Positions 26,662-34,927 of a DNA stretch of 34,928 nt are shown piece by piece. The translations under genes and the position numbers were made by a program. Below the pieces are notes generated by a model. That model made no database searches. It was not told the origin of the DNA and was given only the letters and a program-made list of their open reading frames with translations. How positions within the stretch are numbered: the stretch's first letter is position 1; each line of letters opens with the position of its first letter. Source of the stretch: a virus (Duplodnaviria > Caudoviricetes); the IMG/VR virus record IMGVR_UViG_3300020045_002525, positions 1-34,928 of that record. One strand, 5' to 3'.

Positions 26662-27393
26662 TTAAATTAAAGATTGACCAGTTAGTATTTTATTGTAAGC
26701 GTCTAACGCTTTTGGCTGCGTGTATGCTTCACCTTTTGCAAACATTATTTCATCAAGTTTCCCATCAAAACCAAGTAGATAAGATCCCGTAAAGTTTTCC
26801 GCTCCAATTACTACTGGTTGTCCTAATGGAGCAATAGGCATTTTTGTATAAGTTCCTACAGTAGCGGTGGATGTACCACTACCAACTAAACCATTTGTGT
26901 AAATAACTATACCTCCTAAACCATCATAAACAAGAGTATAATAATTCCATACTCCATTTACAAGTAAATCGTTAGTTCTGGCAAATAAATAATTAGAAGT
27001 ATTTGTAAATAATCTAAAATCAATATAACCACCATTTGTAACTATTTGCCATTGTGCCGTTGTGCCATCTCTTTTTGACATTACCCAAGATAACGCCATT
27101 GCGTTATTTGGTTTTAATCCAAAACCAATAGTAAGAGGGATATCTGCACTCAAATCGCTGAAATCAAAATCAGTACTTGGCGGTATAATGATTCTTGAAC
27201 TACCTCCAAATGAAGCGCAATTATTTACAATTCCAGAACTCGCATAAATAATACTTGCATCAGTTCCATTATGCATATTAACAGTGCTATCGTTGCTATT
27301 AGCATTTAAGTTATAATAAGCAACCATATTCGCTAAAAAAGGATTTATATCACCGCCATTTTTTCCAAATATGTATCTATTAGCATTTATCAT
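26662..27393 (-). CDS. LamG/concanavalin A-like lectin domain virion protein
   Basis: VAYYNLNANSND, WNYYTLVYDG...IYTNG, IGA......FDGKLDEI. Confidence 0.85.
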   Translation of the reverse strand: MINANRYIFGKNGGDINPFLANMVAYYNLNANSNDSTVNMHNGTDASIIYASSGIVNNCASFGGSSRIIIPPSTDFDFSDLSADIPLTIGFGLKPNNAMALSWVMSKRDGTTAQWQIVTNGGYIDFRLFTNTSNYLFARTNDLLVNGVWNYYTLVYDGLGGIVIYTNGLVGSGTSTATVGTYTKMPIAPLGQPVVIGAENFTGSYLLGFDGKLDEIMFAKGEAYTQPKALDAYNKILTGQSLI

Positions 27394-28139
27394 TACACAC
27401 CGAAACTTTGATAATTATTTGTACCATCTACAAAAGTTGTAATCATATTTTCCCCCAATACACTTATTATTGATGGAACTTGCGTAACACCTGAGCCAGC
27501 AACTTGATTATATGTAACTCCATCATAAATTGCAACTACAAAATTGAAATCAGGAGGCATACCAGCTTCTATTGTTACCGTTGCATCTGATTTTATTCTT
27601 AAAATAGAGTTGTTGTGAATTGCTGATAAAGTAGTATTTGAAACTATATTAAAATACTGTTGTTCAAAAGTTCTATTTAAAGTTAAATCTTGAGTAACAC
27701 CACCAATAGTTAATGTTCTTGTTTGGGGTACGAATAAACCAACCGCCCAATCATAAACCGCTTTTACTGTAGCAAAAAAAACATTTGAAGTTTCATTTCC
27801 TACTATTGAAGTTACTTTGTTTACTGAATTTTCTTTTAAATCTAATGCCGTTTGTTGTGCAGTAGAGACTGGCTTATTTAAGTCTGAAGTATTATCTACA
27901 TTTCCTAATCCTACATCTAATTTTGTAGTTCCATGAGGATTTGTTCCATCATCTAAATTTAATTCAGAATGATTTTCAACACCACCAGACTCAGGAACAA
28001 ACACTTTTCCATCAGTTCCTAAAACCGCAGTATTTCCAACATCTTCACTCAAAATATTAGATACAGAAAAATCATTGATTATAATTTCAATGATTTCATT
28101 TGTTTCTTCTATCGTTATTACTATGTTTTCGCAAGGCAT
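27393..28139 (-). CDS. Fibre-like structural protein
   Basis: NPHGTTKLDVGLGNVDNTSDLNKPVSTAQQTALDLK phage fibre repeat; VPQTRTLTIGG...DL...R. Confidence 0.75.
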   Translation of the reverse strand: MPCENIVITIEETNEIIEIIINDFSVSNILSEDVGNTAVLGTDGKVFVPESGGVENHSELNLDDGTNPHGTTKLDVGLGNVDNTSDLNKPVSTAQQTALDLKENSVNKVTSIVGNETSNVFFATVKAVYDWAVGLFVPQTRTLTIGGVTQDLTLNRTFEQQYFNIVSNTTLSAIHNNSILRIKSDATVTIEAGMPPDFNFVVAIYDGVTYNQVAGSGVTQVPSIISVLGENMITTFVDGTNNYQSFGV

Positions 28140-28142
28140 AAT

Positions 28143-28487
28143 CTATGTGTTTTGAGTTACATCTTGAAGAACTTTTAAAGTACCTCCAAAATAAGTTTGA
28201 ACTTTACCATCTAAAAAAGTAAATTGACAATCGTAGTAATAAATGTCCGGCACGAAATTTACAACAAAACTTTCTATTCTAAAAAGTCCATTTACTGCAT
28301 CGTAAATATTAATACCATCAGATTGAGTTAATGTCTTTGCAACAACTCCGGTCTTAATAGATTTTCTAAACTGAATTCTAATTAAAACACCCGTTAAATC
28401 AATCGGCAAATCATTATTTTTAATAGTTAAGTTTTTTTCACCAAAACTATCATTTGCCAAAACGTCTTTAAAATTATACTGTTTCAT
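28143..28487 (-). CDS. BppU-N-like beta-sandwich adaptor protein
   Basis: PIDLTG..I..Q.R, Y.YD.Q.T..DG.V.TY..G...V..DVT. Start moved to ATG 28487. Confidence 0.6.
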   Translation of the reverse strand: MKQYNFKDVLANDSFGEKNLTIKNNDLPIDLTGVLIRIQFRKSIKTGVVAKTLTQSDGINIYDAVNGLFRIESFVVNFVPDIYYYDCQFTFLDGKVQTYFGGTLKVLQDVTQNT

Positions 28488-28492
28488 AATTC

Positions 28493-29188
28493 TTAATTTG
28501 CTGGATGCATTAAACAAAATCTAAACTGCTTATCATAAATAGATAAATTTCCAGAATTTGCAACTATTTTAACAGTACCTCCATTTGTTTTAAATGGACC
28601 AGATACATAATGATTTATAGTAATATTAAAAGGATGCTCAATATTAGCTCCTTTTGGAAATCTATGTACAGAATGAAATCTTTCTCCTATTGATGGTATG
28701 TCTATAAAAATAGTAAAATGCCCATCAACATTATTGTTTTTAGCCTTAAACATAAAAGAACTTGACATGAAATCATTTTCAGAAACTGGCAAAACATTTG
28801 AAGTTGCCGTATCAAAAAAAGTAGCGTGTCCACTTGGTAAATTACTGTTTTTAATAGCGCCTTTATTATTAGATAAATTCGCAGTAACTCCCTCTAAAAT
28901 TGATTGAGGACTTCCAACTGTATGCAATGTATCGTCAATAGATTCCCATCCAGTTGATGTTTTGCTTCTTTTCAAAGCCAATAAATCATCAACCTCAGAC
29001 TGAGTATAAACTGGATCAACTGGTTGTCTTGTAGTTACCCAATCTAATAAAGAAACTGGATCACTATTCTTACCAGTTGTATTTTGATATTCAATTCCAT
29101 CTTTTGTAACAACAGAATTTACCATATACCTTTTGTTTGAGTCCCAAACATTATTAGTATTTTGAGTTTGTGCTTTAAACTGTGCCAT
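28493..29188 (-). CDS. Virion protein with N-terminal CBM5/12-like module
   Basis: W.SNKRY..NSVV..DG..Y......N..P....W; YTQSEVDDLL linker; beta-rich C-terminal domain. Confidence 0.55.
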   Translation of the reverse strand: MAQFKAQTQNTNNVWDSNKRYMVNSVVTKDGIEYQNTTGKNSDPVSLLDWVTTRQPVDPVYTQSEVDDLLALKRSKTSTGWESIDDTLHTVGSPQSILEGVTANLSNNKGAIKNSNLPSGHATFFDTATSNVLPVSENDFMSSSFMFKAKNNNVDGHFTIFIDIPSIGERFHSVHRFPKGANIEHPFNITINHYVSGPFKTNGGTVKIVANSGNLSIYDKQFRFCLMHPAN

Positions 29189-30749
29189 TTTGTTCCTCTA
29201 TTTCTGGTTTAACAATAATTGTATCTTCTTTTAATATTTTTTTATAATTAACATCCCAAACTCCTTTTCCTAAATCCTCAGTAGCTTGCTCTCTTGAAAT
29301 AAGGTTTAAATCAATCATTTCTTTAACTGCTTTTACTTCTTTTAAAGGGTCAATATGTGGCATATTTTTACCCATGAAACGACATTGTGAATATGCCTCA
29401 ATAACCATAACATCATCCGATTGTAATGCTGAAATAAAACCTTTTGCCTCTACCTTATTTCGTAAAACTTCAACCTCTAAAAACAATTTGTAAATAGGTT
29501 TGTAAAAATCTTCACTGAATTTATCTCTTGCCAAATCAACAACATATCCAAATGAATTTATGGCCGCTCTACTTGCTGAATAATTAGAATTATACATTTG
29601 CATTGCAACCTCACTTGGAACTCCAACACTCGCACATAAACTATTTAAAACCGCTTTGTAAAATTGCTCGAAATTTGTTTCAATTTCAGTACCAAACGCT
29701 TTCATTTTTGCACCTACTGGCATATTAAATGTTTGGTTTGATGTAGTTTCTGAAATTATATTTGCAAGTCCATCAGCCAAAGCATAACCATTTTGAACAG
29801 TTCCAGTAACTTTCATTTTTTGTTGAAGTGTTTTTTCAACTATACCCTCACCAGTAGAATAATTATCATGCTCAATTGTGTAAGCTATATTTGCGGCTTG
29901 TTCCGCTTTTCCAACTGAAGCCTCAGTGTATCTATCTAACTTATTTAGTTTTTCTAAAACTTGACTCAATTGAGAAATTCCTCTAATGTGGTCAACTCTT
30001 TTTCTTTCACCATAAATTAACCAAGCTAATTTACGTTTAGACTTTTCGCCATAAACGGCAACTCGCTCATATTTTAAATCCTTTTGTTTGATATAAAAAG
30101 CAACGTGCTCACCTCTTTTATCAATTTCAATACCATGATTTATATAATTTCCACGAGCCTCAGCTTCTTTTAAATAATTCGAATTATACGGAGTTTGGAT
30201 ATGACATCCATCAATTAACTGAACATTTAAAATAAGATTTTCAATTCTACAAATAACCAAACAATCACCACCAATAAAAGCTGTTTTATAAGCCTCTAAT
30301 GCTTTTTGATGTAAGTTTTGCATCTTTGAATAATCAGAATATTTAGATTTTGAATACACATTAAATCTCGCTTCAATTGAATTTTTGAAAGTCTCAAAAT
30401 CCTCTTCAATATTTTCTAATGCTAATAAATCCGTATTTGGTTCAGATTGTAATTTTAATCCAGAACATAAAACCCATTGAAAAAAACGCTCAGTAAGAAT
30501 TTTCACAATATCGCTTCTCATTTCAGCATCGTAAGCTCGAATTCTTAACCTCTGATAATCTGGAATTGAATTTGAAATAACACCTAATTCGCCTGGAGTT
30601 TTTTCCCCATCAAATGAACGTGTAATAATTGGATAGTTTTGACCGTAAATTTTTGAACCTCCTAAATCATAAGGAATTTCACTCTTTACTTCTAAATCTT
30701 TTTCTTTTGAAATCGATTTTATTTCTATGTTAGTAAATGGTATTTTCAT
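29175..30749 (-). CDS. Portal protein (lambda gpB family)
   Basis: LR.RA.D, HGIEIDKRGE.VAF, RGIS.L, NYSASRAA, HIDPLKE. Confidence 0.93.
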   Translation of the reverse strand: MKIPFTNIEIKSISKEKDLEVKSEIPYDLGGSKIYGQNYPIITRSFDGEKTPGELGVISNSIPDYQRLRIRAYDAEMRSDIVKILTERFFQWVLCSGLKLQSEPNTDLLALENIEEDFETFKNSIEARFNVYSKSKYSDYSKMQNLHQKALEAYKTAFIGGDCLVICRIENLILNVQLIDGCHIQTPYNSNYLKEAEARGNYINHGIEIDKRGEHVAFYIKQKDLKYERVAVYGEKSKRKLAWLIYGERKRVDHIRGISQLSQVLEKLNKLDRYTEASVGKAEQAANIAYTIEHDNYSTGEGIVEKTLQQKMKVTGTVQNGYALADGLANIISETTSNQTFNMPVGAKMKAFGTEIETNFEQFYKAVLNSLCASVGVPSEVAMQMYNSNYSASRAAINSFGYVVDLARDKFSEDFYKPIYKLFLEVEVLRNKVEAKGFISALQSDDVMVIEAYSQCRFMGKNMPHIDPLKEVKAVKEMIDLNLISREQATEDLGKGVWDVNYKKILKEDTIIVKPEIEEQNGTV

Positions 30750-30752
30750 AAA

Positions 30753-31046
30753 TTAAATATTTCCACCTCTTAAAGTTGTACAACGTCCATTGTATCGGTT
30801 AACATATCGTTGTTTTAATTGCTCTAATGCTAATATTCCATTTTGTAAGTCTTGCATTGAACGATATACGGCTTTTGTTTTCATTTGTCCATCATCCATA
30901 CTCATTTCTATATATCCAGATTGAGATACAGATTCTAATAATGTAAGTTCCATTGCATCAATCAATGCATTTATAGCTATTATTTTGTCGTATAACGTTT
31001 TTCTACAGTCAATGTATTCCGACATTGTATAAATTCCATCATTCAT
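30753..31046 (-). CDS. Head-to-tail joining protein (lambda gpW-like)
   Basis: Helix-beta hairpin-helix pattern (DDGQ......YRS..DL...I..LE); directly upstream of the portal gene. Confidence 0.6.
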   Translation of the reverse strand: MNDGIYTMSEYIDCRKTLYDKIIAINALIDAMELTLLESVSQSGYIEMSMDDGQMKTKAVYRSMQDLQNGILALEQLKQRYVNRYNGRCTTLRGGNI

Positions 31047-31070
31047 AATTAATTGGTTTATTTGTCTTTA

Positions 31071-31078
31071 CAAACTTA
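31071..31078 (-). promoter_or_regulatory. -7 element TAAGTTTG
   Basis: Matches TAnnTTTG, 24 nt upstream of the ATG at 31046, just after a terminator U tract. Confidence 0.5.
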
Positions 31079-31079
31079 C

Positions 31080-31116
31080 AAAAAAAATCCATTCAAAATA
31101 AATTGAATGGATTTTT
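31080..31116 (-). terminator. Intrinsic terminator (possibly bidirectional)
   Basis: Perfect stem AAAAATCCATTCAA/TTGAATGGATTTTT with A/T tracts. Confidence 0.8.
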
Positions 31117-31262
31117 ACGCATTTCTCTTTAAAATTAACCAAAATATAAAGAAAACAAATAACATAACTATGAGCAGTTACATAAATTTTAAATTACTTT
31201 TTTCATAAGTTTTTGTTTTTAGGTTACACATTTTTTTTAATCAGTGTTTTTATATAAGAATT

Positions 31263-31292
31263 CAAATGTATAAATTATTTTTTAATTACAAA
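31263..31292 (-). promoter_or_regulatory. Possible promoter
   Basis: TTTG (31292-31289), 18-nt spacer, TACATTTG (31270-31263). Confidence 0.45.
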
Positions 31293-31612
31293 ATAATATT
31301 GAAATCTTTTTTTATTTTTCGTATTGCATTTTCCTTATTTAATGCTGAAATATAAATACAATTTTCTTTTTTTATTACTATCTTATTCTTTTTTTTAAAA
31401 TTTTTATTAATAGCTTCATTCCAATGAATGTCTTTTATTTCAGGTTCAAAAACTGCCAGTCTTAATTGTTTATTTCTTAAATCAAATTCAAATAAAATAT
31501 GATTTTCATGAGGCATAATTCTTGAATGAAAAATTTTCTGAATTTCAGCTTCTTGTCTTTTTACTTCTTCTATTTTATCCTTAATCTGTAAATCCGAATC
31601 TCCAAATCTCAT
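31286..31612 (-). CDS. Hypothetical protein
   Basis: 108 aa, basic, C-terminal CIYISALNKENA; between terminase and gpW-like genes. Confidence 0.65.
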   Translation of the reverse strand: MRFGDSDLQIKDKIEEVKRQEAEIQKIFHSRIMPHENHILFEFDLRNKQLRLAVFEPEIKDIHWNEAINKNFKKKNKIVIKKENCIYISALNKENAIRKIKKDFNIIL

Positions 31613-31635
31613 AAATTTAATTTTTAAATTATTAA

Positions 31636-33672
31636 TTACTCAATCATTTGAGCGAACTCCTCAAACGTTAATCTACTGTACTTACTATCCGAACGTCTTA
31701 AAATATCAATGTAGATTTCTTTGGCCGCCAAATTATAAACACAAACATCGAAAAAGTGATTCTCAATACTTGTGCTTTTCTTTTTCCAAACAAAACCAAC
31801 CTCAACTCCATCTTTCTCCAATGGAACTCTTTTCTCAGCTTCTAAATGGTTAAAATAACCTCGCATCGTATATTTACCTTGTTCTGGTTGTGGAAAATTC
31901 ATAAATCCACTCGGTTGATAACCATCCATTCCCATCCTTGACTTAATATTTGAAGCCAAAATATCCTTTAATTGGTTGACTTGAAGTATAAACAATTTAC
32001 CATAATTCTCTCTTGAACGGCTAATAATAGGAGTGTCTTTTGAAACTTTTCTATATTCATCCTCAGCATAACCTTTTATACCAACAATAAAAGGATTATT
32101 CTCATTTTGAATAAATTCATAAGCTAATCTTGTAAAATGCCCCGTATCAATAACAGTAATATCAATTCCATACAAATCACCACTTTGAGAATTTAAACCA
32201 GCATTAATAATTCTTTGAAGTTCGCCCCAAACACTAAATTTTTGACCGTGAGAATAAGTCCATTTATCTCTATCAGTATCATCAATTTGCTCCGATTTGC
32301 TTTTTTTCCTACCTCTTTTGAATGTTCCTATTGAACCATGATTAATATGATAAGTTACACCAGTACTAGAATGCGCTATTATTTCCCAATCCAATCTAAC
32401 ATCCTCAATTTCATCATTCATAATACCACCTAAATCGCAAGCCATAGTAATCAATACTATTTTTCCATTTCCATCATCTTGACAAGTATTATCTGGAACA
32501 ACACCAATACCATAGCTTCGAGTATTATTCATTAAATCGCTAACTTTTACAGTTGTGCCTTTATCCTCCCAAGTTTGTCCTAATTGAGTATTTACAAACG
32601 CTTTCAATTTCCCATCATCTATAAATCCACCAGGAGGACAAGCATCCAACCATTTATAAACTAAATCTATCCATGAAGTAAATCCAGGAGGAATAACAAT
32701 TGCATTTAATTGGTAACTTCTAAATTGTGGACGTTTAGGAATTGCGGTCCCAATCCATTTGCCTTTTAAATTATGAAGTTGTTTATCTTTTTCTAAAATC
32801 TTACCTCCGCAATTTTGACATTCATAATGAACACTCTCTGGAATTAATTCAGATTTGTCATTTAGTTCCCATTTAATACCGGCATAAGTTCCATCCTCTT
32901 TTTTAATTTGCCACTCAATAGGAATATATTCTTTACAACTCGGACAATTCCAATGCCATTTACGCTGGTCCCCTAAATTATAAACCTCCTCAATATTTGA
33001 GGTCTGTTTAATCGCTGGAGTTGAAATATAAAATAACTTTTTCATAGATCCAAAAGATGTAGCTCTGTTTTCCATCAAAGAACGAACTGAACCCTCCTTT
33101 TTGTCATTACGCGGTGCAGATTCCCAATCATCAGCAAATATGTTTTTAACAGAATATTGCCTCCATTTGTTTGGATTATTAACACCTAATGCAGTTAATG
33201 AACCTCCAGCAAACTCCTTACTGAAATCAGTATCTCCAGTTCTTTGGTTTTTCTTTTTTACAACATTTGGACGTATTAAATGTGATAATCCCGAATTATT
33301 TAAAACGGGATCCAATCTTGTACGAATAGAAAGTTTTACAAGTTCAACATCTGCAGCAGTATATAATATTGGAGCTGGAATTTCTGAAATAATATAAGCT
33401 ATTCCTGGAATAATTACACCTTGAGTAAATCCACTCTGAGCACATTTCATAACCGCTACCATTTCTACTGGGCTTGTAGTACTCAAACAATCTACAACCT
33501 CACGAGTATAAGGCGAAATATCATATTTAAAATAACCAGTATATCTCGAAATATCAGAGGTTAAATAAATGTTTTTCTCTATCCACACACTTGGTAAATC
33601 TTTTATAATTTTAAAGTTATAAATTGATTCATGTATTTTGTTGTAAGATTTTTTAAAGAATTCTTTTAACAT
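31636..33672 (-). CDS. terL: Terminase large subunit (lambda gpA family)
   Basis: SPY.RE, KCAQSGFT (Walker A variant), ISTP, GDQR.W..CPSC, YECQNC, FVNTQLGQTW, IDTG, NHFFD...Y. Confidence 0.95.
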   Translation of the reverse strand: MLKEFFKKSYNKIHESIYNFKIIKDLPSVWIEKNIYLTSDISRYTGYFKYDISPYTREVVDCLSTTSPVEMVAVMKCAQSGFTQGVIIPGIAYIISEIPAPILYTAADVELVKLSIRTRLDPVLNNSGLSHLIRPNVVKKKNQRTGDTDFSKEFAGGSLTALGVNNPNKWRQYSVKNIFADDWESAPRNDKKEGSVRSLMENRATSFGSMKKLFYISTPAIKQTSNIEEVYNLGDQRKWHWNCPSCKEYIPIEWQIKKEDGTYAGIKWELNDKSELIPESVHYECQNCGGKILEKDKQLHNLKGKWIGTAIPKRPQFRSYQLNAIVIPPGFTSWIDLVYKWLDACPPGGFIDDGKLKAFVNTQLGQTWEDKGTTVKVSDLMNNTRSYGIGVVPDNTCQDDGNGKIVLITMACDLGGIMNDEIEDVRLDWEIIAHSSTGVTYHINHGSIGTFKRGRKKSKSEQIDDTDRDKWTYSHGQKFSVWGELQRIINAGLNSQSGDLYGIDITVIDTGHFTRLAYEFIQNENNPFIVGIKGYAEDEYRKVSKDTPIISRSRENYGKLFILQVNQLKDILASNIKSRMGMDGYQPSGFMNFPQPEQGKYTMRGYFNHLEAEKRVPLEKDGVEVGFVWKKKSTSIENHFFDVCVYNLAAKEIYIDILRRSDSKYSRLTFEEFAQMIE

Positions 33673-33677
33673 AGTTT

Positions 33678-33944
33678 TTAATTAATATTTTTTATCTTCC
33701 AGAAACCAACTTCTTTGAAACTATATGCTATTACGCCATTAACTCCATCTATTGTTTTTTCTGGCTTTTCATCCATCAAAATATTTTCAACATAATCAAC
33801 ATACTCACTTTCATTATAACTATTATAAACTAAAATGAATTTAGGCACAACAGGTTTCATTTCTTCTTTACAACGTTCAATATCCACAGCCCATTCATGT
33901 TCTAATCCAGTAACTTCTATACAAGTAAATGTTTGAATTTTCAT
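33678..33944 (-). CDS. Hypothetical protein
   Basis: Acidic 88-aa ORF. Start moved to ATG 33944 to avoid overlap. Confidence 0.55.
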   Translation of the reverse strand: MKIQTFTCIEVTGLEHEWAVDIERCKEEMKPVVPKFILVYNSYNESEYVDYVENILMDEKPEKTIDGVNGVIAYSFKEVGFWKIKNIN

Positions 33945-33954
33945 AATTATATTT

Positions 33955-34167
33955 TTAAATTTCAATTGTTCCATTACTAAACGGACAATAATTCTTTTTA
34001 GGTTTAGGTATTAAATCCGAATATTCTCTTTTAATTTTTTCACTAATTGCATCACGAATAAATTTTGCTACATTTATTTGATAACTATCCAATTTTTGTA
34101 AAGTATTATGTTGCAATTCCGTAATTTTTACAACTTTTACCTTAGTGTATTTTAAAGGCTTTCCCAT
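33955..34167 (-). CDS. Ribbon-helix-helix-like DNA-binding protein
   Basis: Alternating strand KVKVVKIT, helix ELQHNTLQKL, second helix VAKFIRDAISEKI. Confidence 0.6.
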   Translation of the reverse strand: MGKPLKYTKVKVVKITELQHNTLQKLDSYQINVAKFIRDAISEKIKREYSDLIPKPKKNYCPFSNGTIEI

Positions 34168-34202
34168 AAATAAGTAATACTTTTATTTCGTATATAAAGA
34201 AG

Positions 34203-34589
34203 TTATGCGCAACTCAAATCGACTACGCTAATAATATCCTGCTTGACATATTGGTCTGTAATTATATTTGGCATACTGTGGAAATTTTCAAAGCGAATAT
34301 GAACTTCATCTTGTGCTATCAAAATCGGGTATCTAATACTTCCAGCAACCTTTGCAAATTTCCCTTTTATAATATTTCCGCTTTTATGAATATACAATCC
34401 ATCAAATTTGCTATTCTTTGCAATTAAGCAAGTCTTTCCGCTATAAATTGACCTCATATCATCAAGCGTGCAATTTTCTCTTTTATAACGCTTCACTACT
34501 AATGTAAATGAGCAGCGCATAACAGCACCTACCAAAAAGGCTGGGCTTTCGGCTTCGTTAGAAGCATTTGTGGTTAAATTATCATTCAT
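34203..34589 (-). CDS. Cassette-borne hypothetical protein
   Basis: 128 aa; the first ~25 codons derive from the attC; the TAA stop is the complement of the TTA in the core site. Confidence 0.65.
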   Translation of the reverse strand: MNDNLTTNASNEAESPAFLVGAVMRCSFTLVVKRYKRENCTLDDMRSIYSGKTCLIAKNSKFDGLYIHKSGNIIKGKFAKVAGSIRYPILIAQDEVHIRFENFHSMPNIITDQYVKQDIISVVDLSCA

Positions 34590-34643
34590 TTTTCTAAATT
34601 TATTTTATGGTTAAAATCCCGCCCTTCTGGTAGCTGCCAATCG
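34203..34643 (+). mobile_element. Integron-type gene cassette (441 bp)
   Basis: Begins G|TTATGCGC (34202-34210). Its R'' GCGCATAAC (34515-34523) is the exact reverse complement and is followed by an attC-like hairpin ending at G|TTATCAC (34643). Confidence 0.7.
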
Positions 34644-34650
34644 TTATCAC
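34515..34650 (+). repeat. attC-like recombination site
   Basis: AAC...GTT ends; arms GCACCTACCAAAAAGGCTGGGCTTT (34525-34549) and AAATCCCGCCCTTCTGGTAGCTGC (34614-34637) pair at 20/24 positions with one bulged base. Confidence 0.75.
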
Positions 34651-34844
34651 TCAGCTTTTAGAAAATCGTTACAATTCCGAAAATAACCACCACAATCGAA
34701 ATGATTATTTGTTTTTGGAGTTTGAAACAATACTCTTTTACCTAATTTACATTTTGCGTTTACCAATACTTTTGAAAATAAATTGTCTTTTTCTTTTTGT
34801 ATTGGATTAATAAAGTTTTTGCATTCATTGCATTCTACTCTCAT
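34647..34844 (-). CDS. Small Cys-rich protein (possible Zn binding)
   Basis: CNECKNF...C...C..F; ends TGA TAA C at the attC core. Confidence 0.65.
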   Translation of the reverse strand: MRVECNECKNFINPIQKEKDNLFSKVLVNAKCKLGKRVLFQTPKTNNHFDCGGYFRNCNDFLKAE

Positions 34845-34927
34845 TATTTAGCTATGTTTGTTAAATTGGTTTCAGCTTCTTTTTTTACTTGTTCCGTTCT
34901 TAATTGAACCCAAACACATTGCATAAT
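34844..34927 (-). CDS. 3' end of an upstream gene, truncated by the window edge
   Basis: Open frame ...IMQCVWVQLRTEQVKKEAETNLTNIAK*, with a TAATG overlap into the next gene. Confidence 0.5.
   Translation of the reverse strand: MMQCVWVQLRTEQVKKEAETNLTNIAK

Noticed and set aside
5590-28145. Genome-wide TAG reassignment (genetic code 15), prompted by the TAG at 25905
   Set aside because: TAG ends genes at 5590, 8146, 13040, 14221 and 28143 with the next start immediately adjacent, and long genes are unbroken.
106-33397. All plus-strand ORFs in the track (e.g. 836-1105, 2668-2988, 7188-7490, 21841-22164, 33101-33397) and the nested minus ORF 1125-1430
   Set aside because: They lie opposite or inside well-supported genes and have no motifs; they look like shadow ORFs.
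34515-34650. The palindrome as a simple terminator or riboswitch
   Set aside because: It has a ~64-nt loop, no U tract after the stem on either strand, and AAC/GTT ends with a matched upstream core; this fits attC better.
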